A stretch of DNA of 64,000 nt from Amoebidium appalachense. Its lineage: Eukaryota > Protista > Ichthyosporea. Below the pieces are notes generated by a model, which was not told the origin of the DNA, searched no databases, and saw nothing but the letters and a program-made list of their open reading frames with translations. Where the stretch lies: the NCBI GenBank assembly GCA_963693365.1, contig CAVNZM010000004.1, forward strand, positions 7,229,093-7,293,092, written 5' to 3'. Below, one piece after another: positions 30,584 to 44,630 of this stretch (position 1 is its first letter; every line of letters begins with the position of its first letter). Position numbers and translations under genes: made by a program.

Positions 30584-30748
30584 AGAGAGACAGAAAGAGA
30601 GAGAGAGAGATGAAGAGAGAGATGAAGAGAGAGAGAGAGAGAGAACAAGCATAGCCTAAAAACAAACCGAGCTCCACAACCTTTGATCATGCATGGAGAA
30701 GGGGTGGGAGGATGGGAAAGATGGGAATGGGGAAGAACCGTGTGTGTG

Positions 30749-30787
<39 letters not shown>

Positions 30788-31005
30788 TGGTGGTGGTGGT
30801 GGTGGTGGGGGGGGGGGGGCAAGGGGGTTTCGTCGCGATTAAATGTCCATGCGACTCGATTGGGCCATGATGTCATGGTTACAGAGCAAAAGCACGTGGA
30901 TTGCAAATGGAGCCGGGGGCTTAAGGGAATTTCTTGACCGATGTGAGTGGCCGCAAGAGGCGACAAAAAAGATATATATATATATAAAAAGGAAAACCAA
31001 AATGG

Positions 31006-31939
31006 GTGCGTGGAGGGGGGAGGAAGCTGGGCACCATCTTTTCCATCAAGGAGATGCCTCTGGCCGACTGCTTCCTAGGGGTGCAAATTGTGATCTGCAG
31101 CGAGCTCGGCACCATTAAGATCCACCAGGCTGCCTACACTGCACGTGTGTTGGAGAAGTACGGCATGGCTGCCAGCAGGGCTGTGGACACACCCATGACC
31201 CTCGACAAACTGAGAAAGGCCCAGTGCCCTGCTACCCCCGAGGAGATCAGCGCCATGGCGCCATATGTGACGCTGTACCAGGGCATCGTGGGCAGCGTGA
31301 TGTACCTGGCCAGCTGGACCCGGCCAGATATTGCCCAGGCCGTAGGGGTGCTTGCCAGGTTCAACCAGAACCCCGGCCAGGCCCACCTGACTTCTGCAAA
31401 GCGCGTGTTGCGCTACCTCAAGGGGACTGCCAGCCACGGCATCACCTACCAGCGCGTCAGGGTGCCGGGCCATGTGATTGGCTATGTGGATGCTGATTGG
31501 GCAGGCAACCCAGGCATCCGCCGGTCCACCTCAGGCTTCGTGTTTCTGGCCAGCAACGGGGCCATCAGCTGGTGCTCCAAGCTGCAGACCGTGGCGGCAG
31601 ACAGCACCGCGGAGGCCGAGTATGTGAATGCGGCCCGCGCCACCAAGGAGGCCCTGTGGTTGCGCAAACTGCAGCGCGACTTTGGCTTCAACACCGCTGA
31701 GGCCATGGTGCTGTACGAGGACAATGGCAGGTATACACATTGCCAAGGACCCCGTGGACTTCTCCCGCACCAAGCACATGGACATCAAGTGGCATCTGGT
31801 GCGCCGCCACGTCAAGCAGGGCGACATTGTGCTAGTCTACGTGCCGACCAATCAGCAGGCGGCTGATGCGCTGACCAAGGCCCTGCCCCGTGCTGCACTC
31901 GAGAGCTGCAAGAAGACTATGGGCATGGACAGCAAGTGA
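31006..31939 (+). pseudogene. pol: Copia pol fragment (RT C-terminus plus RNase H) with one frameshift near 31725
   Basis: FLGVQI, YQGIVGSVMYLASWTRPDIAQAV, AKRVLRYLKGT, GYVDADWAG..RRSTSG, AISWCSKLQ..VA.STAEAEY, LYEDN, then frame change to AGIHIAKDP..RTKHMDIKWH, VPTNQQAADALTKAL. Confidence 0.92.
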
Positions 31940-32587
31940 TCATCGTGTGAGGTGGAGGCAGGAGTGTACTAGTTCATTACTGCAAGGCAGCCGGTGCCTG
32001 GGTTGAGGGGTGCGACCAGCGACGCTGCGATATAATTGGCTGATTTGTAGATTAGGTGCTATTGTGTTGTAAGGGATGTGTTGGAATATACAACACCAAT
32101 ATCACTATTGTTATTACTAAGTATATTTTACTAGTGCTAGTTCGTAGTCTATTTGCTATTTAGCGAGTGTGATTATGCGCTCCGCAACCCGAGATCTTGT
32201 GGTGGTGGTGAGCAGTTACGTAATAGCTGGATAGCTCACTGCCGTTTGATTGGCTCGGAGCGCACCGCCTGCAGTCCCGTCTGGATGGGACTAGGGCTCG
32301 GTTAACTGTGTGCTCTACCCGATGTATTTTCCCGAGAGCACGATTGGTTGTGCTCGAGAGCACAACCGTGTTGTGCTCCTCCGCGGAGAATAAAAACCCC
32401 GCCACAAATCCATAATAAACCGGGAATTATATTGATGACTGACTGTTACACAGACTCTCCAGCCCCGTGTGAACACTTGTGTGATACTTAGGTGATAGTG
32501 CATGCAGCCCGATTAAGTACACACTTAGTAGGTAGTCATATTGCACCCATAAAGAGACTGATCACCTCCGTGTGTGTGTGTGCAACA
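31006..32587 (+). mobile_element. 5'-truncated Ty1/copia LTR retrotransposon (end of RT, RNase H, probable 3' LTR)
   Basis: Copia pol motifs in 31006-31939, followed by purine-rich tracts (TTGAGGGG ~32003, AAGGGA ~32071), a TGTTG start at 32079, a CAACA at 32583-32587 and AATAAA at ~32389. No gag, integrase or 5' LTR. The right LTR boundary is tentative. Confidence 0.85.
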
Positions 32588-32676
32588 ACTATACACTCTA
32601 CTTGTGTTAAGTGCAGACTCTGCTACGTGTGGGAAGGTAGTTTTCTCTCACGTGTGTGTGTGTGTGTGTGTACCAC

Positions 32677-32719
<43 letters not shown>

Positions 32720-33160
32720 GCGTGTGTGTGTGTGTGCCGAATGGGTGTGCTTGTGTTACAAGAATTTTTGTGTGCGCGTGTGTATGTGCACGGTCGTGGT
32801 AGTGGGGCCAGTGGTCTCGGGGTGTTGTGTGTGGGTATAAAAATCGAGGGAGGAAGGGGGCGAGGAGGAGGATGCCACCATGCGGAAGCAAGCCTTAAGG
32901 GGAGGGGAAAAGGGAGTGGGAGAAGGAGGTGGGCCGTGTTTGCTTATTTGGCGCGGCATTTCTGGTTTTTGTTTGCGCTAAACTTGAGCTTGATGGAGTT
33001 ATGTCACTTTTTATGCACACCTCGAGGAGCCCCCTGGGCCCCCCCTCCCCCCCCTCCCCCCCTCACTTGCGCACTTGGACTTCCACACAAAACCGGTCAT
33101 CTCGTAAGCCAACAGGTACATCCCCCCAACCACCCCTCTTCCCCCCCCCACACACACGCG

Positions 33161-33195
<35 letters not shown>

Positions 33196-33271
33196 AGAAA
33201 AACACACACACTGCGGCACACACACACACAACTTACATACACACACACACACACACGTGCACGCGCGCGCG

Positions 33272-33348
<77 letters not shown>

Positions 33349-35682
33349 GCGAGCCCCGTTTATAGTAAGTTTGAGAGTCACGAGTATAGTATTTATGGTG
33401 CACACGCATGGACTAACCTAGTAACGGTTTGAATTACACCGGGACTACCATGCCCCTCCCTTCGGATCCCTCCCCTCCCCCCCCCCCCCCCCTCCCCCCG
33501 CCTCCCTCCAAAAGGCGCAAACTTTGGCATGATGGCGAAAAACCAAGATCATGTAGGCTATGCCGGGATTTAGACCCTATTTTCGAAGTACCCTATGATA
33601 GAAGTTCAGTCACTCCCTGTACCGGGTCACTTAAAGACTTAGGGCCGGGTACCCCGCCAAAAGGCAGCGCATGCCAGTGTTCGGAAAGCGTCCCCCCCTC
33701 CCCGCCTCCCCCCTTCCCCCCCCCCCCTCCCCCCCCCCCTCCCCCTCCCCCCCCCCCCCCCCCCCCCCCCCCCCCGCGCCCTCCCCCGGCTGCCCTCCGC
33801 CTCCCCCCCCCCGCCCCCCCCCCCATGCCCGCTCGCCTGCCCGCCCACCCGCTCCCCGTGACGCACACACATGCGTAACACAAATTGTGACACACATACA
33901 CACATCTCGTGACCCGTGGCTTTCCGGGCCCTGAGTTGCACTACTAACTAAAAAGATCACTTCAGGTCGGACTCCTCCTAACTGAACCGCATATGCTAGC
34001 ACCCATGACTCCGAGGACGGTAATGGCGCACACTACACTGTCGAGCCTTTGTGACTGATGATGTGATGCATGCCGGGCACGCGACCCGGAAAGGAGGACG
34101 GGATGGGAGAGGAGAGGGGATGGGGTCCGACGTAGAAAAGCATCTCGAAACGGGGGAAGGGGACGGGGGAAGCCGGGAAGGGGGGAGGGAGGGGGGGGGG
34201 GGGGGGGAAGGGAGTGGAGAAGCCGGGCACATGAATCATTGATATCAGTTACTCACAATAATTATTATTCAATTTGTGTATAGCACACAATTGCAAGCTT
34301 ATAAGCTAAAAGCAGTCGACCTGACTGGAATAGGGAAATTTTGAAATGAAAATAGTGATACACACACTTCCGTGACTATATAGTATTCGTCCGTGATAAT
34401 CAAGGCCTCCTAAATAGCTCCCCCCCCCCCCCCCCCCCCCCCCTCTTCCCCCCCCCCCCCACCACCACCCCCAAGGCCTTCTTATCACCCAGGAGACCTT
34501 GACCACCTCCCGGTAACCGCCGGGGCGCCACGTAATGGCCAAGCATCTCCTCCCCTTAAATACTACCCACCGGCGTGGCTGGGGTGAATACCCTTGGCTA
34601 AGTGTGTTCAAATAGTAAGGATTGTTTAACGGTGTGTTATCTTAGCTAATAACACCGTAGCACCCTAGCTAGAGTACTGTTGGTGCTGGGTGGAAGACGG
34701 TAATTCCCCTTGAGGGCCCCAAGGTGTCCCTCCGGGAACAAAACAGGATAAAATAAAATAAAAATCTTCCCCTTTAATGGGGCAGCATTAATCAAGTCCA
34801 CCCGTTCGTGCTGTGTTGCCATGGTGTTGTATGATGTGTGTACTGTATGTGTGCAAGTGTGGTGTGGCAGTGTCTGTGATCCTTTCCGGTTTTGTGTGTG
34901 TCTGCTGCATAGTGCCAGCATCATGTGCATGTGTGACTGGAAACATCGTGTTTTTGACGAATGCGACAATGTGCTCGACTCTACATTGCCGCACATTGTC
35001 CAGGTGTATATGTAATGCTGTGTTTGTAAGTGTGCACGTGTGTATTTGTGTGTGCGCACGCCGTGCGCATGTGTGCCACGATGCCACAGTGCTCATGTGT
35101 GGATATGGTACGGTAACCGTGGCCGACGGTGTGCCTAGGCTAAGATTTATTCCGAGAGATGGTCCGAGCAGTCTCTGCCTGCTCTGCCCACTGTCGGTGC
35201 TCCGTGCCACTCACACACGTGTGCATGTGTTGTGTGTCATGGTTGTATGTGTGAGCCTCTGCCTGTATCAGTGCTGTTGGCGATGCGTGCATATCCACGT
35301 GCATGCACTAGGGAGAAGGGAGAGGTGGTGGTGTCAGTGGTGGGGGACGGGGGGTGGGTGGGTGGGTGGGTGGGTGGGGGGTGGGGGGGGTGGGGGGTGG
35401 GGGGGGGGGGGAAGGGGGGAGGGGGCGGGGGCCGGGGAAGGGTGGAGGAAGAGAGAGAGGTGAAGGGGGGGGAGGGGGGAAGACACCGGGGACTTGACTA
35501 CGGTGGGACAGAAGAAAACGGAGCTCAAATTGAGGCAAAAAGAGTGTGTATGTATGTGCATGTGTGTGCCCCTTGAGCGGATGTACTTAGTGAGCGTGTC
35601 CGACGACGTGAGTGTGCACGTATCTGGAACAGTTGGCCTCTCTGTGTGTGTGTGTCTGTTTGTGTGTGCCCGCGCGCGCGTA

Positions 35683-35745
<63 letters not shown>

Positions 35746-36157
35746 GGTGGGTGGGTGCCATGGTGTGACTCCACAGCACACATGCATGCTCACGTCCGTA
35801 CTAGTGAATGCATGGGTGTATGGCAAGGTTTCTTTGCGTCAATATCTGTTTAGTCGTGTAAGTCCGCCAGACACTTTGGATGTGGACATGATGTGGGTGT
35901 TTGCCAAGTTTGACAAGTTAAAGGTGAGTGTATCTGCATGTACCTGTGCAGGTGGGTATATGTGTGCACAAACATCGGTGCGTGTCTGTAGGTGTGTGTA
36001 TAGGTACGCAGGAATTCCCTGTGAAAGTGTGCGTGCACGTGTGTGTGTGCGCGCGCTTCTTGGGGGAACTGGAGACAGGCCACATGCATGGAGGGGGGTG
36101 GGGGGGTAGGGGGGGGGGGGGGGTTACCTGTATGTATTGAATTTGGTGTGATCAAGG

Positions 36158-36198
36158 CAAGGCCTCCTAAATACTGGAGTGCTATTTAGGAGGCCTTG
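36158..36198. mobile_element. 41-bp TIR micro-element with 8-bp direct flanking repeat
   Basis: CAAGGCCTCCTAAATA-9 nt-TATTTAGGAGGCCTTG with GATCAAGG at 36150-36157 and 36199-36206. The same terminus recurs at 34401-34418. Confidence 0.65.
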
Positions 36199-37957
36199 GA
36201 TCAAGGACTCCTTTTTGTAAACGTTAACTTCGATGTTTACGTTTTTTGATGGTGCTTGGCTTAGATGAGGATCCCCCAAACTCTCTTGGGGGCGTGTCAG
36301 TCACCAAAGGAATTTCGAGAACCCTTTTTGCATGTATGTTGCCAGTAGGTAAAAAATAAAGCTTCGCCAGGTCAACTTCCCTTTGTAAATATGTTATATG
36401 TATATATATATATAAATACGTGAAGGTTCATTCCATGTTTTGCTTGACCCTTAAATCAATTCCTAAGCTAGGAAAATTGCATCGGCAAAGACAGGGCTGC
36501 CCCCACACAGAGAGTTTCTAGGGAAAGCAGATGGTGCTCTATCCACCAATCACCGTTGACATCCAATTCGAAAGTGTACATGTACATACATTATCAATTA
36601 TTGTATTTGTACGTACGTTCCGTTATCCATAAAAAAGTCAGCCTTCACACTGCCAGCACAACTACTTGTCTACACATGTAATATACACTGGGCAAAAGGC
36701 AATACTTGACTTGGGTTGTGGAGATAGTGAATATGTAGCTCTGAATGACTGCACCATCGTAAAAATATTTAGTGTATTTCACCCGATCAGCCTGTGGCCC
36801 GGCCGGGAGTGCGGCAGTCTGGCAGAAGATACCAAATCGCGACCGGGATGCCGTGTTCAAAGGGGAAAAGAGTGCCAAATTGCACGTGGCAAGGTGATTA
36901 TTATATTTGTTACATGTATTTGCGTAGAATAAGCGTACAAGTCTCAAAGATGAGAAATTCGAAGTCCCACTCTATAATCTTTCGCTCCTTCGATTCGTAG
37001 CATCTATGCATATGTCACAACAGATCCATTCACATGCAACGCATAAAAGCCTTATATGGTTCACCCGGGGTCTTGCTCAAATCTAGACTGATCTGATTGG
37101 ATACTGGCTTAGCACGCCTAATCTGATTGGTCAAACGAACTGCGGGTTATTTTATGGACACCAAAAAAGGAACCAATCATAAGGCTCCTCATGGATGAGT
37201 CGACCTTCATCTGGTGACTCGCTGTGGTTATCAAATTATTTTGATTGGTTTACAGAAATAAAAGATGGGATATACGTGCTCACCCATTCAAAACCTGATG
37301 ATGAGTACCTTAGAAAGCTACTAACTATAGTAATATCTAAATGCCCCCCTATCTAAATGTAGTGATAGTTCCTTTTGTTAATTTTCATCTCACTTAAGGC
37401 GTTTCCATTTTTTTCTTATCCTTTTTGACATCTCGCGTCTTTCCTGCATCACCAAATCAAACCACACCTTGAATCATGATTCATGAATCGTTTTTGATTG
37501 AATCACAATCATTAAGCTAGTTTAGTCAAAGAGAAAAAGGCAAGCGGCGATTCCTATTGGTTTCAGCTCTGGAATGCAGCAAAACACATGTGGCAACTCA
37601 AAACGTCGCTGCACGGATCGCTGCTCGCCATATCCAAGCCTCACTTCCGCTGGATTTGTTTCCTGTTTTTTTGTTTACTTTTATTTTTCTTTCAATTTTT
37701 TCTTTTCTCATGTTTTCTCTCTAGGTTAGAGTACTCATAGAGCTCACTCGAGGCTTCACCCTTTCGCCTTTTGGCACCCATTCCAACCTGTATCAGGGCC
37801 TAGGCCGGCAAGGGCAACAGAGCATGCTCAGTGGAAACGAGTAGGAAGCGCTTTTTTTTTTTGTTTTTAACTTGTGGTGTCCCTCCCCTACTTCTCCCCA
37901 TCCATACTGGGGACACAAATCCAATTCATTATCTCCCTTCCCTTTTCACTAATAAAA

Positions 37958-38335
37958 ATGGCGAATAGTTTCCAAATATTCGTTTCCTCAAAGGCAAGCG
38001 GCGCCCCAGTACAGGCGTTTGCGAAGCGAAGACTACTCTCTTATCTTGGATATGTACTGGCCGCGTTTTTCATATCTGAATTTTTTTCTATGATTTTCAA
38101 TGGTATATCGCGCACCAACATGCTCCACAACATTGAAACATTAAAACTCACACTGACGACGCAACTGGATACGACAACATGTCCTGTGGACTTTGCAGGG
38201 TACGTGCACGTGAGCGTGTGTGGGTGGTGTATTGTGGCAGTGCGAGTGTTGGCTGGTTGTGTGTAGAAGGGTTTATAAATCATTAGGGGGTAATAGGGGA
38301 CAAAATCATCAGTTTACTGATGTGATGCATTAGGC

Positions 38336-38368
<33 letters not shown>

Positions 38369-41300
38369 GCGTGTGTGTACGTGTGTGTGCACATGTGACG
38401 GGTGCGGCTTACATTTAAGCTATTAGGTGCGTTATTACGTGAATGCAACGTGCATGTTTGCCGGCAGGTGGACGGAAATTGTGTGTCTGTGTGTGTGTGT
38501 GCGCGCACGCGCGCTTATGTATCTGTGTTCAGGTTCTTCTGTGTGAATGAATGAATGTGCCTGTGCGCGCCTAATGTGCCTCGTGTGGTACACACGTGTA
38601 CAAAATGCAATACTCGAGAATTGTCACCGCACGTTTCGACTGCAGACGTATATGTGCACGACTGGGACATGGCCATTTATGATATGCTTTTTTCGTGCGC
38701 CAAATATTTATCATTTCTGCAAGACTTGCATGTTTGTATGTGCCAGTGTGTGTGTGTGTGTGCATTTATGTAGGACCCTGTATCAAATTTGAATGTGTCG
38801 GCCATAGGTACTTTCACAATAGTTTTCGGGTGTGCGCGGTTGTGTGTGTGTGTGTGTGTATATAGTATGACGGTTGTGTGTACACACTCTGCACGTGTAG
38901 TGCTTACTGCGATTGCTGCACGGCACACTTGCGCTATGTCACATTTGCAACACTTTAACTTATGCATGCGCCAGCCTGTCAAGCCTCGAAAGCGCTCACA
39001 CACATTTACCAACCGAAAAGGCTCGTGCTCCTGTTTCAATATATATAATTCTGTTTTTCTTTTTGACTCCCAATGCTGTGTACATCCCCCCCCCCCCTCC
39101 CCCCGCCATATGCGCAATCTTTGTGTGCAAAAGTTTTCATAGGGCAATTCATGGCCAAGTCACTAGTAGCCCATGGACGCACACAATTATATCCCGTGGG
39201 TGTGTGTGATTGTGGTCGTTCCAGGAATCATTTTTTTGTTCCCGCTCCAAGCATGTGTCTCGCGTGGTAAGGAACAGTGGCTTTTTCCGCTCAATGAAGG
39301 TTCGAATTATTTCTTACGGATTTTTTTTGACAGAACGGAAATCAACGACACGTTTTCCGGCCCAGCGGAATTTGTGCTCTACCGTGCAATCGGTGAGTTC
39401 TGACGTCCCAACCTCGTGGCTGTGTGGGCATGTGCTCATGTGATTTTTTTTTGGGGGGGGGGGGGGGGGGGGCTAGATGAAAGACACGTCTGTTGATAGC
39501 ACATCTCTGTTTGTGTGGCTATTTCTAATTTCTATTATGTTCCGGTGTTGACCTGTTTGGGTGGCCTTTCACGGAATTTTTTGCGCTGTGTGGCCGAGGA
39601 GGGGAGGGCGCGGGGAAGGGGGGAGGGAGGGTATTTGGCTAGAGAAAGAGTGATCGGCTATGATGGAATAATAAGGGTGATAGGGTATTGTTATCTGGAG
39701 TGGCTAAATGTGATCTCTTTTTCTTGCAGGTAACGACCTCCCGCCACGGCACGCAGTCGGCCAATCATACAATAACGTTAAATTTATCCTCGAGCACGAG
39801 CCCGAACTTCCCGGCTTGGAGCGCCGTTGGATTCTTAACCACATTTACAACAAGACGGAGGAGCAGAGGCTAATCCGGCTTTTGGAGTCGCATGGCCAAA
39901 AATACGAAATTTTGCATTTGGATTTTCAGGAAGTTGAGGATATCCCCCTTCACCACGAGGGGTTTGCTGAGCATGACATCATGAGAAGGAACGCGCGCCG
40001 GTTTGGTACCCCTCTGGTAATAACCCCGAGGGGAATAGGTCGAAACTCGGGTACTGTGGATGACGTGGGCCCCCCCTGAGGATGGGCTCTGCTTATTATG
40101 CATACTCTTTATGTATGGCTTGCATTCTGCATCGTGTTATCCGTTTGTTCTTGTGTACTTCGTACTTTTTGACGCATTCAAACCCCCCCCCCCCCCCTTC
40201 TGCGGGCATTGTCTGCCCTTTTGCCACATGATGCTTTTCTAAAAACATGATGAGGAGGTGGGGAGGGGCTTTTCAAATTTACCCATTAGCATACCATGCA
40301 CATACCAGTACCACGGAAGTACACGTTTTACAATCTCTGCACACCACTTCCGCGTTTGTATAGGCGCGCACACATGTGCACGTAATTACACCTACAGATT
40401 GGCACAAACACACATGTGTACACACCTACACTCCCGCACATGGACATGCTTACATGCTCTAATGTGCACACAATCACACTTGCACGTATATTTGCTCAGA
40501 GTACATAACTCGTAGCACAAGTGCACACGCTCGTACGCATACACGTAAGTGTGCGCACGTGTGCACATGTGTGCAAGTACATACGTGTACACACACACAC
40601 ACTGTGACGGACACATGTGCACTCACTCACACTGACATGCACACACGTACGCATGTTGACACACGTGCATGCGCATACACTCGCACTTCCACACATGCAC
40701 ACACGTTACACACACACACTCACTTACGTTTACACTCACACAAACACGCACACATGCACACGCTCACACTCACTTACACACACACACACATGCACATGCT
40801 CGCACACACTTACACACACTCATACAAACAAACACGTACACACACGTGCACACACTCACACGTGCACGTGCACCCACAGCAAAAGGCCATGTACCGTGCG
40901 TCCATGGTAGACCACCTGTACCGCAGCAAGAACATCTACGTCATCAACAACAACGGCGCTAGAAATGCGGCCCTGGAGAGCGGTATCAAGGTGTGTGTGT
41001 GTGTGTGTGTGTGTGTTTCTTTTGTGTGTGTGTGTGTGTGTGTGCCCACACACACTTCGTGTGCGTTTACAAGATATGTATCTTGTTTATGTTGACCTTG
41101 ACCCTCGGGTGTACTAGCGTGTGCTTGCGTGTATAAGTTAGCGTTGAATACGGGAGGTGGGAGGGGACGAGAGCGAGAGAGAGAAGAGGTGGGGAGGAGG
41201 GGTTGGATGGGACGTATGCAAGTGCATGTGAGCCTTAGTTTTGGACGTGTGTGGTGGTGGTGGTGGGTGGGGGGGGGGGGGGGGGGGGGAAGAAAAAGGA

Positions 41301-44300
41301 AACAAACAAGACTAACCAACACTTTTTTCAACAAAAACAGGGCGGGTTCAAGTGGATCCTCCCCTGGGACGGCAACTGTTTTCTGACGGCCGCGGCGTGG
41401 AAAAACATGCGAGAGACTGTTCAGAATCGGTCTGAGGCCAAATATTTCCACGTACCCATGGCCCGTCTTCAGGACAATGCGGCCCTGTTTGATAAGACGT
41501 TCTGCCCACTGGCGGTGGAGGAGCCGCAGCTGATTTTCAGAAACGACGCTACGGAGAGGTTTAGCATGCTGCAGAGGTGTGTGGGTGTGGGTTTGTGTGT
41601 ACGTGTGTGTGTGTGTGTGTGGCTTTGAAGGTGTGTGTGTATCTGTGCGTGCGCGTGTGTGGCTTTGAAGGTGTGTGTGTGTGTGTTTTTTTTTTTTTTT
41701 GCTCACTCTTTGGTTGGAGGCCGTTGGGGTTAAAAGAGGGAAAGCACCTGATTTAGGAGTTTGTGTGTATGTGTGTGTGAGGTGGGGATGGGGAAGATGA
41801 GTGGGGGGAATGCTGAACAAGTGAAAGAGTAAGCTGAATATGGTGGACAATGTCACCGGGGATGATGGGTGTGTGTGTGTGAGGGGGAGGGGTAGGTTGG
41901 CGGAAAAGAGAGATTGGAAGAAGTCAGAAAAAAATATGCCTCTGATCATTGGGCAACCAACATCGTGCATTCGAAGATCCTTCCAAATCCCATTCCACTG
42001 TCACATTCTCATCATTCCAATGCACATTTCATCCTTTTTCAGGTATGGCCGTCGTCCCAAAGTCGACCTTCTTCTCCGTCTGGGTATCCCCGGCCCCTGG
42101 GATTCGTACGTGAAAGCCTCAACGCCCTATTTCGAGGAAGTCATCAACTATACAGTATCGAGGGATGTGGGGCCCGTGGGTGTGCCGGTGGCCAGCTGGG
42201 TGGCGAGATTGTATTCGGGCAGTGGAGCACAGGAGGTGGCTACGAAAGGTGTGTGTGTGTGTGTGCGCGTGCGTGATACGAACGAGGTGAAAATACGACA
42301 ACAGGAACGCTGTTGGAAAGAAGGCGTAGGGGTGGTGTATGTGGAGAGGGGGTTGGTATGTTATGGGGGCTAGGAGGAAAGTGGGGGGGGGGGGGGGGGG
42401 GGGGGGGGGATTGTGTGCTGCAGGTGCAGATTCTTTCTTTCTTTTCTGTCGTTTTGTTGTCGCTTTGGGGAGACGGGAGGAAAGGGTAAATGTGTTTTTG
42501 TGTATGTGTGTTCGTAATCGTGAGTGAATGTGTGTGTGGGGGGGGGGGGGGGGGGGGAGGGAGGGGGAAGAGGAAAGGTGTAGGGGGGGTAAGGGGTACG
42601 GTTAGGTTGTGTGTACTCGCATGAGGCCAAGCTTAACGTCTATCCCAGGTTGTGACTCAATGGGAGAATGTGCCAGTGCTTACGTTATTGCTATTCCCCC
42701 CAGACTCTGCCGATTTGCGCAAACTTGCCCGTTGCTACGGCGTGAACAACCTCCTAGACCAGGTCGACACTCGCGCCGCCATCGAACTTCACAAACTCTC
42801 GGGAGAGCCGCTCGCCGTATTCAACGAGACGGTTCTAGAAAACGAGAAGAATGCGTTCCGCTTTGCCTCCGCTCAGAACCCACAGCTCGTTTCATTGGTT
42901 AAGAAGCTCGATGAATGCGCAACACATTCCATGGACTTCCCAACCGTCGCGCACGAGGTAATTTCGGGAGGTCCTATTCCTGTCGACTCGAAAATTTATG
43001 ACAAACCAGAGGAGGTGATACCGAAATCCCGTCTGGGACCCTTTTTCAGAAACACGACATGCCTTGCGCTGGGCTGGTATTTCACTGAAAAGGTACTTGA
43101 AACCCCCCCCCCCCCCCCCCGGAGACCGCTTTACTTCCATGCAACCGGGCATGGTTGCTCTGTGTCGTGCATCTGTAAGCACATACGCATTTTCCGCTGC
43201 ACTGCATTAGTTTCCACACACATTCACCGTTTTGCTCACCTTGCTTGCAAAAGCAACCCTGCTCGTCTTTGATCAAGACGGGTTGACCCTCCCAAGTTCA
43301 GTTGATGCTGCTGTCTGAGTTGGAGAGTCGTATATACGCGGGCTAAGGGGTCGAAACTCAGACGCAATTGATGACTTGGGCGCATACTGTGCGCATGGCT
43401 GATGTTGCATACTTGAATGTTTGCCTTGGCATGTGTCCTTCGTGTATGCATACTTCGTACCGTGTTCCGCATTCAAACCCCCCCCCCCCCCCCCCCCCCC
43501 CCCCTCCCCTCCTCCTCCCCCGGGGCTGGGGCGCGTGTGGTGGCCCAACACACACACACACCCTCCCCGTTTGCCCATGCCTCCGGCCAAGGGCACACAT
43601 GCCTTTATAAGAACCCCCTTGAGCACCGACTATGCTCTCCTGATTGGATTATGTCTCTCCCCCCCCCCCCCACCACCACCACCACCACCACCACCACCAC
43701 CACACACACACACACAAGACACATACTCACTCACTCAACTGCCTCCCCTTCTTCCCCGACCCTGCCTTTTCTCTTCCATATCTACATCTCCAACTCGTGG
43801 TGTTCGCCCATGATTCTTCTTGCCTTCCTTTTTACTCCCCACCTATCTCTCGTTCTTTTTCCTGTTCACACACCATACATCCACACCAGAAATCCGTGTA
43901 CGCGGGCACACACGCGTACCTATATGCACACACAAACACACCACAAACATAGACGGGCACTACATGTACGCTCACACACACACACAGACATCTGCTAACA
44001 CGTGCACGGACACAGTACGAGTACGCTGCCAAAGCCGCTATGCTCCTCTCATCTTTCTTCCTTGACGACGACACCAAATTTACCCCCCAAGAGGTCGTAA
44101 ATTCGCTCTTTTACGAGGAGGAAGAGGTGGAATCGTCATCAGGAGATACTGACAATGGCCCGAATTTGGACGTGGTGGGGTCCATGGAGATGAAGGACTT
44201 GTACTACTTCTTGGACGCTGTGAGGATTGTGGGCAGGAGTGGGGTTCTTACGGAGCTGGAAATGAATGCGGTAAGTGAAATTTCATAGAGATATCTTGCT

Positions 44301-44526
44301 ACGCATATTGTTTGGATTGAAATTGCATTGTGCTATTGTTGCGGCCAGCATTCGACCCTTCGAGGGGGGGAAGGGGGGGGGGGAAGATGAGAAAGGGGGG
44401 TTATAGACGGCTTATATGAATATGAAGAACAACATGAACACAACCTTTCCTCATCCAACACCCATACCGCACGAGCCCCCCCATCCCATATAGTGCATAG
44501 TGCATGTCAACAAAACAAGAGCCCGT

Positions 44527-44596
<70 letters not shown>

Positions 44597-44599
44597 CCC

Positions 44600-44630
<31 letters not shown>

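Noticed and set aside
34401-36198. A single 1.8-kb TIR element bounded by 34401 and 36198
   Set aside because: The flanks share no target duplication, whereas the 41-bp reading at 36158-36198 has a perfect 8-bp one; no transposase inside.
36666-36932. Short ORF containing ILDLGCGD (SAM-binding motif I-like)
   Set aside because: No further methyltransferase motifs, non-ATG start and no convincing partner exons; probably chance.
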